From the NCBI GenBank assembly GCA_963707215.1, contig CAVPPB010000003.1, forward strand, positions 1,668,788 through 1,732,787: a stretch of 64,000 bases of DNA, given 5' to 3'. The stretch comes from an uncultured Chloroflexia bacterium. GTDB lineage: Bacteria > Chloroflexota > Limnocylindria > Limnocylindrales > CSP1-4. This document shows, piece after piece, positions 10,996-21,155 of this stretch. A program made the position numbers and the translations under genes. Under the pieces are notes generated by a model. The model saw only the letters and a list, made by a program, of their open reading frames with translations. It was not told the origin of the DNA and ran no database searches. Position 1 is the stretch's first letter, and every line of letters starts with the position of its first letter.

Positions 10996-11871
10996 GTGAA
11001 CCGGACGAGCCGCGTCAGACCGGACAGGACGGCCATCGGTGCGCAGCACGACGACGTCGGGGGCGCCGTCCACCCGCAACGGGATCCACTGCATCGTGGG
11101 CCCGTCCGGGCCCGGACGACGCCCCCGGCGCGCGCCAGCGACCTGCCGCCGATCCCGGCGCCATTCCTCGGAAGCCTCGACGAAGGTCTCGCCGAGCTCG
11201 GGCTGGGGCTCGACGGGGACCAGCGTCGACGACTCGTCGATCATGCGCGCCTGCTCCTCGCCTGGACGTCGGCTGTCAACCTGACCGGCATCCGCGACCC
11301 GGCGGCGGCGGCCCGGCTCCATGTGATCGATTCGATCAGTGCCGTTCCCCTGCTCCGCGAGCTGGGCGTCGATCGCTTCGTCGACCTGGGCAGCGGTGGC
11401 GGATACCCCGGCCTCGCACTGGCGATCGCCACCGCGGCCGCGGCGCGGCTCGTCAATTCCACCGGCAAGAAGGCCACCTTCCTCGAGCTGGCCGTGGCGG
11501 ACCTCGGCCTCGACGATCAGGTCGCCGTCGACCGCCGACGAGCGGAGGAGCTCGCGGCCGATCCCATCCACCGCGAGGGCTGGCCCGCGGTCACCGTCCG
11601 GGCCGTGGCCGGCCTCGGCGAGCTCGTCGAGCTTGCCTTCCCACTGCTTCGCCCGGGCGGCGCCCTGCTCGCCTGGAAGCGCGATCCCACCGAGGCGGAG
11701 CTGGCGGCCGGCAGACGGGCGGCGCTGGCGCTCGGCGGCGGGTCGGTGGTGGTGCGCGACCAGGGGCTCGAATTGCTCCCCGGCCACCGGATCGTCGTGG
11801 TCACCAAGGAGGGCCCCACACCCGGCGAGTTCCCGCGCGACCCGGCCCGGCGGAAGCGGCGCCCCTGGTGA
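10996..11871 (+). CDS. rsmG: 16S rRNA (guanine527-N7)-methyltransferase
   Basis: VNLTGIRD, HVIDS, VDLGSGGGYPG, TVRAVA, TPGEFPR. Confidence 0.92.
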   Translation: MNRTSRVRPDRTAIGAQHDDVGGAVHPQRDPLHRGPVRARTTPPARASDLPPIPAPFLGSLDEGLAELGLGLDGDQRRRLVDHARLLLAWTSAVNLTGIRDPAAAARLHVIDSISAVPLLRELGVDRFVDLGSGGGYPGLALAIATAAAARLVNSTGKKATFLELAVADLGLDDQVAVDRRRAEELAADPIHREGWPAVTVRAVAGLGELVELAFPLLRPGGALLAWKRDPTEAELAAGRRAALALGGGSVVVRDQGLELLPGHRIVVVTKEGPTPGEFPRDPARRKRRPW

Positions 11872-11898
11872 CCCGCCGGGGTCTACACTCCGCGACGC

Positions 11899-12630
11899 AT
11901 GCGCGCGGCCGTCCTGTCCGATATCCACGCCAATCTCGTGGCGCTCGACGCCGTATTGGCGGTGATCGGCGATGTCGACGAGGTCTGGCAACTCGGCGAC
12001 ATCGTGGGCTACGGGCCCGAGCCGGATGGCGTCGTCGACCGCCTCCGGGAGATCGGCGCGGTCGGCGTCCGCGGCAACCACGACGCGGCCGCGGTCGGCG
12101 ACCTCGAGCTGGACTGGTTCAACCCCGATGCCAGGCGCGCCATCGAGTGGACCCGGGCGACTGCGGCCGCGCGGACGCTCGACTGGCTTCGGACCCGGCC
12201 CGAGATCGAGCTGCGATCCGGTGCCGCCCTGGTCCACGGCAGCCTGCGCGACCCGACCTGGGAATACATCACCCACGCCTCGATCGCCCGGGAGAGCCTC
12301 GACCGGCTGGCGGAGCACGGCGTCACCCTGGGGCTCTTCGGTCACACCCACGTCCCGGTGGCCTTCCGGATGACCGAGCGACGCATCGAGACGATCGAGC
12401 CCGACGTGGATGCGACGGTGGCGATCGACGATCGGCCGACCCTCCTGAACCCGGGTAGCGTCGGTCAGCCCAGGGACGGCGACCCGGCGGCCAGCGCCAT
12501 GGTCCTGGATCTCGAGCGGCGCCAGGCGGCCTGGATCCGCGTCCCCTACGACGTGCCCCGGGTCCAGGCGACGATGCGCGACCTGGGCCTCCCGGAGCGC
12601 CTCGCCGCCCGGCTTTCCTACGGCCTGTAG
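11899..12630 (+). CDS. Metallophosphoesterase (YfcE/calcineurin-like)
   Basis: SDIHAN, LGDIVGYG, RGNHD, HGS, GHTH, NPGSVGQPRD. Confidence 0.9.
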   Translation: MRAAVLSDIHANLVALDAVLAVIGDVDEVWQLGDIVGYGPEPDGVVDRLREIGAVGVRGNHDAAAVGDLELDWFNPDARRAIEWTRATAAARTLDWLRTRPEIELRSGAALVHGSLRDPTWEYITHASIARESLDRLAEHGVTLGLFGHTHVPVAFRMTERRIETIEPDVDATVAIDDRPTLLNPGSVGQPRDGDPAASAMVLDLERRQAAWIRVPYDVPRVQATMRDLGLPERLAARLSYGL

Positions 12631-12632
12631 CG

Positions 12633-14636
12633 ATGGCGATCGGCGGGCGGCGGCCGCTCCAGGGACGCAAGCCTGGCGACCGCCGCGTGCGGGTCGAGCG
12701 CCCCCACTCGGCCTACTTCCGCTGGAGCGGTCCAGGACAGCTCGTCGCCAAGCAGGCCGCCAGCGCCCCCACGACGCCCGTCGGGCGAGCCTGGGCCGCG
12801 ACGAAGCGGGTCCTCATCGGCCGTCCCCTCGCCAGCGAGGAGGACATCACCGAGCGCCTGCCCAAGAAGAAGGCCCTGGCCATCTTCAGCTCCGACGCGA
12901 TCAGCTCCTCGACCTATGCCTCCGAGGAGATCCTGCTGATCCTGGTGACGGCCGGCGCGACCGCGGTCGCCTTCTCGATCCCCATCGCCATCGCGATCGC
13001 CGCCCTGCTGCTGGTCGTCTCGACGTCGTACCGGCAGATCTGCCATGCCTACCCGTCGGGCGGCGGCGCGTATGCCGTCGCCAAGGCGAACATCAACATG
13101 CCCTCGGCCCTGCTCGCGGCCGCGGCCCTGCTCTTCGACTACATGATGACCGTGGCGGTCTCCATCGCCGCCGGGATCGCGGCCATCACCTCGGTCATCC
13201 CCGAGCTCATCCCGTTCCGCGTCGAGCTGGCCCTCCTGGCCATCGCCCTGCTCACCGTCGCCAACCTCCGGGGCCTCCGGGAGTCCGGCAACATCTTCGC
13301 CCTGCCGACCTACGCCTTCGTGGGCGGCGCCCTGGCGATGATCGCCATCGGCGTCGTCGCGATCGCCACCGGCGACCCGGCCGCCTCGTTCCCGACCCCG
13401 GAGATCGAGGCCCCGCCCGGCGGGTTCGAGGTGCTGACGATCGTCCTCGTGGTCCGGGCGTTCGCCTTCGGCTCGGTCGCTCTCACCGGCACCGAGGCCA
13501 TCTCGAACGGCGTTCCGGCCTTCAAGCCGCCGGAGGCGACGAGCGCGGCCAACACCCTGACGATCATGGCCGTCCTGCTGGGCACGATCTTCATCGGGAT
13601 CTCGCTCCTGGCGGCCGCCTACGGCCTGGTCCCCAGCGAGACCGAGACGCTCATCAGCCAGGTCTCGCGGACGGTGTTCGGCGACGGGGTCGTCTACGTC
13701 GGCTTCCAGGCGGCGACCGCCCTGATCCTGCTCCTGGCCGCCAACACCGGCTACAACGGGGCCCCAAGGCTGGCCCAGATCCTGGCGGCCGACGGCTACC
13801 TGCCCAGGCAGTTCGCCTTCCGCGGCGATCGGCTCGCCTACTCCTGGGGGATCATCATCCTGGCAGTCACCGCCGGGATCTTCGTCGCCATCTTCGACGG
13901 CTCGGTGAGCGGCCTGATCCCGCTCTACTCCGTCGGGATCTTCGCCTCGTTCACCCTCTCGCAGGCCGGCATGGTCAAGCACTGGTTCCTGGAGCGCGGC
14001 CCGGGCTGGCGCTGGAAGCTCGGGGTGAACCTCCTCGGGGCGGCGGTCACGGGCGTGGTGGCGGTCATCATCATCGGCGCCAAGTTCAGCCTCGGCGCCT
14101 GGATCGTCCTGATCGCGGTCCCGCTCATCGCGCTGCTGATGGTCGCGATCCGACGCCAGTACCGGCTCCAGGCCACCGAGCTAACGGTGCCCGAAGAGGA
14201 CGAGATCCCCCCGCCACACCGCGAGCAGCGGGTCATCGTCCCGGTCCCCGGCATCACCCGGGCCGTCGTCCAGGCGGTGAACTTCGGGCGATCGATCGCC
14301 ACGGACGTCCGGGCCGTCTTCGTGACCGAGGACCCCGACCAGGGCGACGAGCTCCGCGAGCGCTGGGAGCGCCAGTTCCCGGACGTCCCCCTCGTCATCG
14401 TGGAATCCCCGTACCGGGCCCTGGTGGGGCCGGTGGTCGCCTACCTCGACGTCCTGGACATGGCCTGGCCGCCAGGCAAGGAGTCGCCGACGACGATCGT
14501 CGTCATCCCCGAGTACGTGGCCAAGCGGTGGTACGACCGCCTGCTCTACAACCAGTCGGCCCGTCGGCTTCGAGCGGCGCTCGTGGGCCGCGAGCACACC
14601 GTCATCGCCGACGTCCCCTACCGCCGGCGCCACTAG
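12633..14636 (+). CDS. APC-family KimA/YdaO-like K+ transporter
   Basis: LAIFSSDAISSSTYASEE, YPSGGGAY, ALTGTEAISNGVPAFK, LIPLYSVG, and a C-terminal cytoplasmic domain (ESPYR, IPEYV). Confidence 0.85.
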   Translation: MAIGGRRPLQGRKPGDRRVRVERPHSAYFRWSGPGQLVAKQAASAPTTPVGRAWAATKRVLIGRPLASEEDITERLPKKKALAIFSSDAISSSTYASEEILLILVTAGATAVAFSIPIAIAIAALLLVVSTSYRQICHAYPSGGGAYAVAKANINMPSALLAAAALLFDYMMTVAVSIAAGIAAITSVIPELIPFRVELALLAIALLTVANLRGLRESGNIFALPTYAFVGGALAMIAIGVVAIATGDPAASFPTPEIEAPPGGFEVLTIVLVVRAFAFGSVALTGTEAISNGVPAFKPPEATSAANTLTIMAVLLGTIFIGISLLAAAYGLVPSETETLISQVSRTVFGDGVVYVGFQAATALILLLAANTGYNGAPRLAQILAADGYLPRQFAFRGDRLAYSWGIIILAVTAGIFVAIFDGSVSGLIPLYSVGIFASFTLSQAGMVKHWFLERGPGWRWKLGVNLLGAAVTGVVAVIIIGAKFSLGAWIVLIAVPLIALLMVAIRRQYRLQATELTVPEEDEIPPPHREQRVIVPVPGITRAVVQAVNFGRSIATDVRAVFVTEDPDQGDELRERWERQFPDVPLVIVESPYRALVGPVVAYLDVLDMAWPPGKESPTTIVVIPEYVAKRWYDRLLYNQSARRLRAALVGREHTVIADVPYRRRH

Positions 14637-14821
14637 GGCCGACCGACGGCGCCACCAGGGCCGAGACCCGGGGGGTTCCACCGGCTCACACCGGCGGTCG
14701 GTCCGACATGCGGGATGCTCCTGACCGGACCGAGCGTCCACGGTGGTATGGTGGCCGTCGAGCGACGCTGGCCGCCGACCCCGCGGTCCCTCGCGATCAT
14801 CGACCGGAGACCCTCGCACCC

Positions 14822-15280
14822 GTGTCCGACCATCGTCCGCCCGTCTTCCGACGGGCCGTCCTCGCGCTCGGTGGAGGGTCCGGCGACGAGCGCGTCGTCC
14901 GACTCGCCGCGGAGGTCGCCAAGCAGGCCAAGGCCGAGCTCGTCGCCGTCCATGTCGTCGAGATCGACTGGACCCTTCCGCTCGACGCAGACGTCGCCAG
15001 CACGTCGGAGGACGCCCAGCGGGTCCTCGACATGGCCGAGCTGACCGCCGAGGCTACCGGCTGGAAGATCGAATCGGTCCTGCTCCAGGCCCGCGACGTC
15101 GGGGCCGCCATCGTCGACGAGGCGACCGAGCGAGGCGCCGATCTGCTGATCCTCGCCCTCGCCTACCGGCGCCGCTTCGGCGGTGACTTCGCGATCGGGC
15201 GGACCATCCCGTACGCCCTCAAGAACGCTCCCTGCGCTGTCTGGATCGTCCGGGAGCCGATGCCCGAGGAGATGCCATGA
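14822..15280 (+). CDS. Universal stress protein (UspA family)
   Basis: AELVAVHVVEI, AAIVDEA..RGADLLIL, LKNAPCAVWIV. GTG 14822 chosen from a GGAGA RBS and an upstream TGgTATGGT extended -10; start uncertain. Confidence 0.8.
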   Translation: MSDHRPPVFRRAVLALGGGSGDERVVRLAAEVAKQAKAELVAVHVVEIDWTLPLDADVASTSEDAQRVLDMAELTAEATGWKIESVLLQARDVGAAIVDEATERGADLLILALAYRRRFGGDFAIGRTIPYALKNAPCAVWIVREPMPEEMP

Positions 15281-15771
15281 GGACCGTCATCATCGGGTGC
15301 GGCCGGACCGGGGCCGTCCTCGCCGAGACGTTCGAATCGCTCGGTCACGACGTGACCGTCCTGGACACCGACACCCGGGCCTTCGACCGGCTGCCGGCGG
15401 CCTTCCGGGGCAGCACCGTCCGTGGCGATGGGACCGACGAGGACGTCCTCCGCCGGGCCGGGGTCACCGACGCGGACCTGCTGCTGGCCATGACGGAGGG
15501 CGACAACCGGAACATCATGGCCGGCCAGCTGGCGACCGAGGTGCTGGGCGTCCGACAGGTCATCGTCAAGATCAATGACCCGGTCCGCGCCGACGCCTAT
15601 ACGGCCCTGGGCATGGCGACCATCTGCCGGACCAACCTGATGGAGGACGCCATCCTGGCCTTCATCGGTCAGCCGGCCCGGCACCTCGCCGGCGTCCGGG
15701 CGCCGACGGGGACGCATCCGGGTGGCGAGCACCACGACACCGGGGCCGCAGCGCCCACGACGGAGGGCTAA
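15277..15771 (+). CDS. trkA: TrkA-N (RCK_N) K+ uptake regulatory protein
   Basis: IIGCGRTG, GDGTDEDVLRRAG, GDNRNIM; lacks RCK_C. Confidence 0.85.
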   Translation: MRTVIIGCGRTGAVLAETFESLGHDVTVLDTDTRAFDRLPAAFRGSTVRGDGTDEDVLRRAGVTDADLLLAMTEGDNRNIMAGQLATEVLGVRQVIVKINDPVRADAYTALGMATICRTNLMEDAILAFIGQPARHLAGVRAPTGTHPGGEHHDTGAAAPTTEG

Positions 15772-15774
15772 GCG

Positions 15775-16458
15775 ATGTTCGTCATCGTCGTCGGCGGCGG
15801 CAAGGTCGGCTACTACCTGACCAAGGAGCTGATCGAGTCCGGCCACGAAGTCGTCCTCATGGAGAAGGACCGCGGGCGCGCGGACCAGATCACCGATGAG
15901 ATCGGCTCCGTCGTCATCCCTCACGACGGTTGTGAGGGCGCCTACCTGGCCGAGGCCGGCGCCAGCCGAGCCGACATCGTCGCCGCCGTGACCGGTGACG
16001 ATGAGGACAACCTGGTCATCTGCCAGATGGCCAAACACCACTTCGACGTGCCGCGGACGATCGCCCGGGTGAACAACCCGAAGAACGAGGAGCTGTTCCG
16101 GCACCTCGGGGTCGACGAGATCAACAGCCCGACCCGGATGATCCTCGCCTCGATCGAGCAGGACATCCCGGTCCACGAGCTGCTCCACCTTGCCGCTCTC
16201 GGGGAGGGCGAGCTGGAGATCATCGAGGCCCGCCTGCAACAGGGCTCGCCGGCCATCGGACGGGCTTCGGGCGATCTCGTCATCCCGGACGGTTGCTCAC
16301 TCTTCGCGGTGATCCGCGACGGGTCGGCTGTGCCGCTCCGGCCGGACACGGTGCTCCGCGACGGCGACAAGGTCATCGCCATCGGTCGGGCCGACTGCGA
16401 GGTCGAGCTCAAGGCCCAGCTCATCGGAGAACCCTCGGTCGAGGTGGTCGGGAGCTGA
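15775..16458 (+). CDS. trkA: TrkA (RCK_N + RCK_C) K+ uptake regulatory protein
   Basis: VVGGGKVG, GDDEDNL, ARVNNPKNE, PDTVLRDGDKV. Confidence 0.9.
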   Translation: MFVIVVGGGKVGYYLTKELIESGHEVVLMEKDRGRADQITDEIGSVVIPHDGCEGAYLAEAGASRADIVAAVTGDDEDNLVICQMAKHHFDVPRTIARVNNPKNEELFRHLGVDEINSPTRMILASIEQDIPVHELLHLAALGEGELEIIEARLQQGSPAIGRASGDLVIPDGCSLFAVIRDGSAVPLRPDTVLRDGDKVIAIGRADCEVELKAQLIGEPSVEVVGS

Positions 16459-16530
16459 GGACGATCCGACCCGAGCCACGGTTCGGACCGAAGCACACCC
16501 GAGTTATCTGCGGTTTGCGCGCCCTGCTAT

Positions 16531-16561
16531 CTTGACAACATCATTGTCAGGGTTCTAGGAT
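16531..16561 (+). promoter_or_regulatory. Heat-shock operon promoter with overlapping HAIR-like inverted repeat
   Basis: TTGACA (16532-16537)-18 nt-TAGGAT (16556-16561); inverted repeat CTTGACA-N7-TGTCAGG (16531-16551). Confidence 0.75.
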
Positions 16562-16626
16562 ACGGGATGTCCGCCGGACCGGCCGGTGGGCCGCGTATTC
16601 CGATCCGACCGGAGGTATGCCTGACG

Positions 16627-17121
16627 ATGACCCTGATCCGTCGTCCGTCACCCTTCAACGACCTGCTCACCCTGCGCCAGGCCATGGACCGGGTGTTCGA
16701 GGACAGTTTCCTGCGCTCGCCGTTCTGGACGGGCTCGACGCCCGAGGGCGGCGCCATCCCCCTTGACATCACGTCGACGCCCGACGCCGTCGTCGTCGAG
16801 GCCTCCCTGCCTGGCGTCAGCCCCGAGGACGTCGACATCACCGTCGAGAGCGGCACGCTGACGATCACCGGGACCTTCGATGCCGAGGCCTCGATGGAGG
16901 AAGGCGATCAGCTCATCCGCGAGCTGCGCCGGGGCACCTTTGCCCGCTCGATCACCCTTCCGCAGGGCCTCGAGCCGGACAGGGCCGACGCCACCTTCGA
17001 GAACGGCATCCTTCGCCTGCGACTCCCCAAGGCGGAGCAGGTGAAGCCACGCCAGATCAAGATCTCCGCCGCCCCCACGACCGAGACCGTGGCGGTCTCG
17101 ACCGGCAGCCAACAGGGCTGA
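16627..17121 (+). CDS. Hsp20/alpha-crystallin small heat shock protein
   Basis: ATG 16627 after GGAGGT; LPGV..EDVDI, FARSITLP, FENGILRLRLPK. Confidence 0.92.
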   Translation: MTLIRRPSPFNDLLTLRQAMDRVFEDSFLRSPFWTGSTPEGGAIPLDITSTPDAVVVEASLPGVSPEDVDITVESGTLTITGTFDAEASMEEGDQLIRELRRGTFARSITLPQGLEPDRADATFENGILRLRLPKAEQVKPRQIKISAAPTTETVAVSTGSQQG

Positions 17122-17125
17122 CCGG

Positions 17126-17503
17126 ATGGCGATCCGTCGGCTCGATCGAGATCCGGCCCGGCCGGTCTACGTGATCAGCGTCGCCGCGGGCATGGTCCAC
17201 GTCCATCCTCGGACGCTCCGCATCTACGAGGACGAGGGCCTGGTCGCGCCGGCGCGCACGCCGACGAACATCCGGCTCTACAGCGAGAACGACATCCGGC
17301 GGATCCTCTGGATCCGCCACCTGACCCAGGACCGGGGCGTCAACCTCGCCGGGATCCGGCTGCTCTTCGAACTCGAGGAGCGGCTCGGCAAGCGCATCCT
17401 CGAGGTCCTGTACGACGAAGGGACCAGAGGCGCGTCCGATGACGAGCGCGACACCGACACCTCACCGTCGGCCGGCCGGGCCGGCCGACGGACCGACTTC
17501 TAG
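17126..17503 (+). CDS. hspR: HspR-like MerR-family repressor
   Basis: PVYVISVAAGM..VHPRTLRIYEDEGLVAPART...RLYSENDI...GVNLAGI; located in a chaperone operon. Confidence 0.85.
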   Translation: MAIRRLDRDPARPVYVISVAAGMVHVHPRTLRIYEDEGLVAPARTPTNIRLYSENDIRRILWIRHLTQDRGVNLAGIRLLFELEERLGKRILEVLYDEGTRGASDDERDTDTSPSAGRAGRRTDF

Positions 17504-17558
17504 GGCTGACCGGGCCGGCGAAGTCGCGATACACCTTCCCGTGAACCAGGAGAACCCG

Positions 17559-20057
17559 ATGGCCAAGCGAGCGTCCGGAGCGGACGAGACGAAGAAGCCC
17601 GTCGCGCCGGCCCGGCGCGAGCTACCACTGGTCGCCCTGCGGGAGACCGTCATCTTCCCCGAGATGATCGTCCCTCTGCAGGTCGGTCGCGAGAAGAGCG
17701 TCAACGCCCTCAACGCCGCCGTCGCCGACGGGGGCCCGATCGCACTCGTCACCCAGCGCCAGGCCGAACAGGAGGACATCACCGACCCGAGCGAGCTCTA
17801 CGAGGTCGGGACGCTGGCCAAGATCGCCCAGGTCGTGCAGCTGCAGGACGGGACCGTCCGGGCCATCGTCCAGGGCCAGGGACGGCTTCGCGTGCACGCC
17901 TTCGCCAAGGTCGATCCCTATCTGCGCGCCGTCATCGAAGAGGTGGAGGAGCCGACCGCCGCCGGCGTCGAGGTCCAGGCGCTCATGCGGACCGTCCAGG
18001 GCCAGATCGAGCAATACGTCGCGAACGGCGCGCCGGTCCCTCCCGAGGCAGCCGTTGCGGCCCGCAACATCACCGAGCCCGGGCTCCTCGCCGACATGGT
18101 CGCCTACAGCCCTGACATGTCGACCGAGCAGCGCCAGGAGCTCCTCGAGACCATCGACGTCGTCGAGCGGCTCAAGCTCGTCTCGGGCTTCCTCGCCCGC
18201 CAGGTCGAGATCCTCGAGCTCAAGGGGAAGATCCAGAGCGAGGTCAAGTCCGAGATGGACAAGACCCAGCGCGAGTACATCCTCCGCGAGCAGCTCAAGG
18301 CGATCCAGCGCGAGCTGGGCGAGGATGATCCCCAGCAGGCAGAGATCAGCGAGCTCCGCGACAAGGTCGAGAGCGCCGGCATGCCCGAGGAGGTCAAGAC
18401 CCGGGCGCTCAAGGAGATCGACCGGATGTCGCGGATCCCGTCCGCCTCGCCGGAGGTGGGCGTCATCCGGACCTACGTCGACTGGCTGGTCGGGCTGCCG
18501 TGGGACGTCTCCACGGACGACCAGCTGGACATCCGCCGGGCCGCCGAGATCCTCGAGGAGGACCACTACGGTCTGGAAAAGGTCAAGGAGCGGATCCTCG
18601 AGTACCTCGCGGTCCGCTCGCTGGCCGAGACCATCCGCAGCCCCATCCTTGCCCTGGTCGGGCCGCCCGGCGTAGGCAAGACGTCGCTCGGCAAGAGCAT
18701 CGCCCGGGCGATGGGTCGGAAGTTCGTCCGCATGAGCCTGGGCGGCATCCACGATGAGGCGGAGATCCGCGGTCACCGGCGCACCTACATCGGCGCCCTG
18801 CCCGGGCGGATCATCCAGAACGTCAAGACGGCCGGCTCGAACAACCCGGTCTTCATGCTCGACGAGATCGACAAGATCGGGATGGACTTCCGGGGCGACC
18901 CGTCGTCGGCCCTCCTCGAGGTCCTCGACCCTGAGCAGAACAACACCTTCCAGGACAACTACCTCGAGGTGCCCTTCGACCTGAGCCGGGTCCTCTTCAT
19001 CGCCACCGGCAACCTCATGGACCCGATCCCGGCCGCGCTCCGCGACCGGATGGAGATCATCCAGCTGCCGGGCTACACCCAGCAGGAGAAGATCGAGATC
19101 GGCAAGCGGTTCCTGGTCCCCAAGCAGATGGAGAACCACGGCCTCAGGCCGAAGCACATCCAGATCACCGACGAGACCATGGTCGAGCTCGTCCAGGCCT
19201 ACACCAAGGAGGCCGGCGTCCGGAACCTCGAGCGCGAGATCGCCAACATCATGCGCAAGGTCGCCCGCGCGGTGGCCGAGGGCCGCAAGCGCAGGACCGT
19301 CGTCGACCGCCGCAAGCTGGTCGCGTACCTCGGCCCGCCGCGCTTCGACTACGGCGAGCTCGAGGCCGAGGACCAGACCGGCTCGGCGACGGGACTCGTG
19401 GTCACCGAGGTCGGAGGCGACATCGTCGCCGTCGAGGTGACCCGGATGGAGGGCAAGGAGGACTTCATCCTGACCGGCCAGCTCGGCGACGTCATGCGCG
19501 AGTCGGCCCGGGCAGGGCTGTCCTGGATCCGAGCCAACGCCGACCGCCTCGGGATCTCCCGCGAGCAGTTCGAGAAGAACACCCTCCACATCCACGTGCC
19601 GGCTGGGGCGATCCCCAAGGACGGCCCATCAGCCGGCATCACGATGGCCACCGCCATGATCTCGGCCTTTACCGGGATCCCGGTCCGCAAGGACGTCGCC
19701 ATGACCGGTGAGATCACCCTTCGGGGCCGGGTCCTGCCGATCGGCGGACTCAAGAGCAAGATCCTGGCGGCCCACCTCTCGGGGGCCAAGACCGTCATCC
19801 TGCCCCGGAAGAACGAGAAGGACCTCCGGGACATCCCCGACGAGATCCGCCGCCAGATGCGGCTGGTCCTCGTCGATTCGATGGACCAGGTCCTCGAGGC
19901 CGCCCTTCGTCGCCGGCCGCGGCCCCTGACCAAGGACTCGGGCACCAGCAGCACCGAGGAGCGCTCGACCGGGACCCCGACTTCCCGGACCCAGGGTGGG
20001 CGCCGGCCCTCGTTCCCGCCGGCGGACCAGCCTCCGGTGGTCGTCCAGGGCGGCTGA
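17559..20057 (+). CDS. lon: Lon protease
   Basis: [32 protein letters not shown]; ATG 17559 after AGGAG. Confidence 0.96.
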   Translation: MAKRASGADETKKPVAPARRELPLVALRETVIFPEMIVPLQVGREKSVNALNAAVADGGPIALVTQRQAEQEDITDPSELYEVGTLAKIAQVVQLQDGTVRAIVQGQGRLRVHAFAKVDPYLRAVIEEVEEPTAAGVEVQALMRTVQGQIEQYVANGAPVPPEAAVAARNITEPGLLADMVAYSPDMSTEQRQELLETIDVVERLKLVSGFLARQVEILELKGKIQSEVKSEMDKTQREYILREQLKAIQRELGEDDPQQAEISELRDKVESAGMPEEVKTRALKEIDRMSRIPSASPEVGVIRTYVDWLVGLPWDVSTDDQLDIRRAAEILEEDHYGLEKVKERILEYLAVRSLAETIRSPILALVGPPGVGKTSLGKSIARAMGRKFVRMSLGGIHDEAEIRGHRRTYIGALPGRIIQNVKTAGSNNPVFMLDEIDKIGMDFRGDPSSALLEVLDPEQNNTFQDNYLEVPFDLSRVLFIATGNLMDPIPAALRDRMEIIQLPGYTQQEKIEIGKRFLVPKQMENHGLRPKHIQITDETMVELVQAYTKEAGVRNLEREIANIMRKVARAVAEGRKRRTVVDRRKLVAYLGPPRFDYGELEAEDQTGSATGLVVTEVGGDIVAVEVTRMEGKEDFILTGQLGDVMRESARAGLSWIRANADRLGISREQFEKNTLHIHVPAGAIPKDGPSAGITMATAMISAFTGIPVRKDVAMTGEITLRGRVLPIGGLKSKILAAHLSGAKTVILPRKNEKDLRDIPDEIRRQMRLVLVDSMDQVLEAALRRRPRPLTKDSGTSSTEERSTGTPTSRTQGGRRPSFPPADQPPVVVQGG

Positions 20058-20063
20058 TCGCAC

Positions 20064-21155
20064 TTGGAGTTCAAGGACTACTACGCGACCCTCGGCGTTC
20101 CCCGGACCGCCAGCCAGGCGGAGATCAAGAAGGCCTTCCGCAAGCTGGCCCGGGAGTCCCATCCTGACCGCAATCCCGGTGACGAGGCCGCGGAGCGACG
20201 CTTCAAGGACGTCAACGAGGCCAACGAAGTCCTGTCCGACCCCGAGAAGCGGAAGCTCTACGATCAGCTCGGCTCGAACTGGGAGACCTACGCCAGGGCC
20301 GGAGCAGGGGCGGGGGCGGGCGCCGGGTCCCCCTTCGGGGCCGGCGGCTTCGCCGGGTTCCCGGGCGGCGTCCGCTACGAGTTCCGGTCCGGCGGCGACG
20401 CCTCGGGCTTCAGCGACTTCTTCAACATGTTCTTCGGCGGCGCGGCCGAGGGCTACGAGACCACGACCCGGGGCAGCGGGCGAACGCGGACGCGGCGATC
20501 GGCCTCTGCTGGCGATCCGGGTTTCGAAGACATCCTCTCCGGCATGGGTCTCGGGGGCCGGTCGGCCACCGGACGGAGTCCGGTCGCCCGTCCACCCGGG
20601 CCGATCGAGGTCGAGGCCGAGGTCACGCTCGAGGAGGCCTTCCACGGCGCCAAGCGCCTGCTCGACGTCGACGGTCGGCGGCTGGAGGTCTCGATCCCCC
20701 GCGGCGTCACCGGCGGCAGCCGGGTCCGCCTGAAGGGGCAGGCGCCGGGCGGTGGCGACCTGGTCGTCGTCGTCCGGGTCGCCCCCCATCCGGTCTTCAC
20801 CCGGAAGGGCCGGGACCTGGAGCGGGAGATCCCCATCACCCTGGCGGAGGCCCTCCTTGGCGGGCCGGTCCCGGTCCCCACGCTCAAGGGGCGGGTCCTC
20901 CTGACGATCCCGCCGGGGACCCAGAACGGGCGCCGTTTCCGGCTCGCTCGACAGGGCATGCCGGCGCTCAGGGGCGACGCCGTAGGCGACCTCTACGTCC
21001 GCGCCCGGGTCGTCCTGCCCACCGACCTCAGCACGGACGCGACGGCTGCGGGTCGTGCGTTCCTCGACCTCGTCGACCAGCCCGACCCACGGGCCGGCGG
21101 TCGCCCCTCTATCGACCACCCAACCAACGATCGCACCACGGGATCCAGCCGATGA
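20064..21155 (+). CDS. dnaJ: DnaJ class B / CbpA-like co-chaperone
   Basis: J-domain HPD, G/F region, C-terminal domain, no zinc finger; TTG start. Confidence 0.88.
   Translation: MEFKDYYATLGVPRTASQAEIKKAFRKLARESHPDRNPGDEAAERRFKDVNEANEVLSDPEKRKLYDQLGSNWETYARAGAGAGAGAGSPFGAGGFAGFPGGVRYEFRSGGDASGFSDFFNMFFGGAAEGYETTTRGSGRTRTRRSASAGDPGFEDILSGMGLGGRSATGRSPVARPPGPIEVEAEVTLEEAFHGAKRLLDVDGRRLEVSIPRGVTGGSRVRLKGQAPGGGDLVVVVRVAPHPVFTRKGRDLEREIPITLAEALLGGPVPVPTLKGRVLLTIPPGTQNGRRFRLARQGMPALRGDAVGDLYVRARVVLPTDLSTDATAAGRAFLDLVDQPDPRAGGRPSIDHPTNDRTTGSSR

Noticed and set aside
12600-12633. c-di-AMP (ydaO) riboswitch before the KimA-like gene
   Set aside because: Only a 2-bp intergenic gap, so there is no room.
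16480-16626. CIRCE element or canonical HAIR
   Set aside because: Neither TTAGCACTC-N9-GAGTGCTAA nor CTTGAGT-N7-ACTCAAG is present; only the variant repeat reported above.
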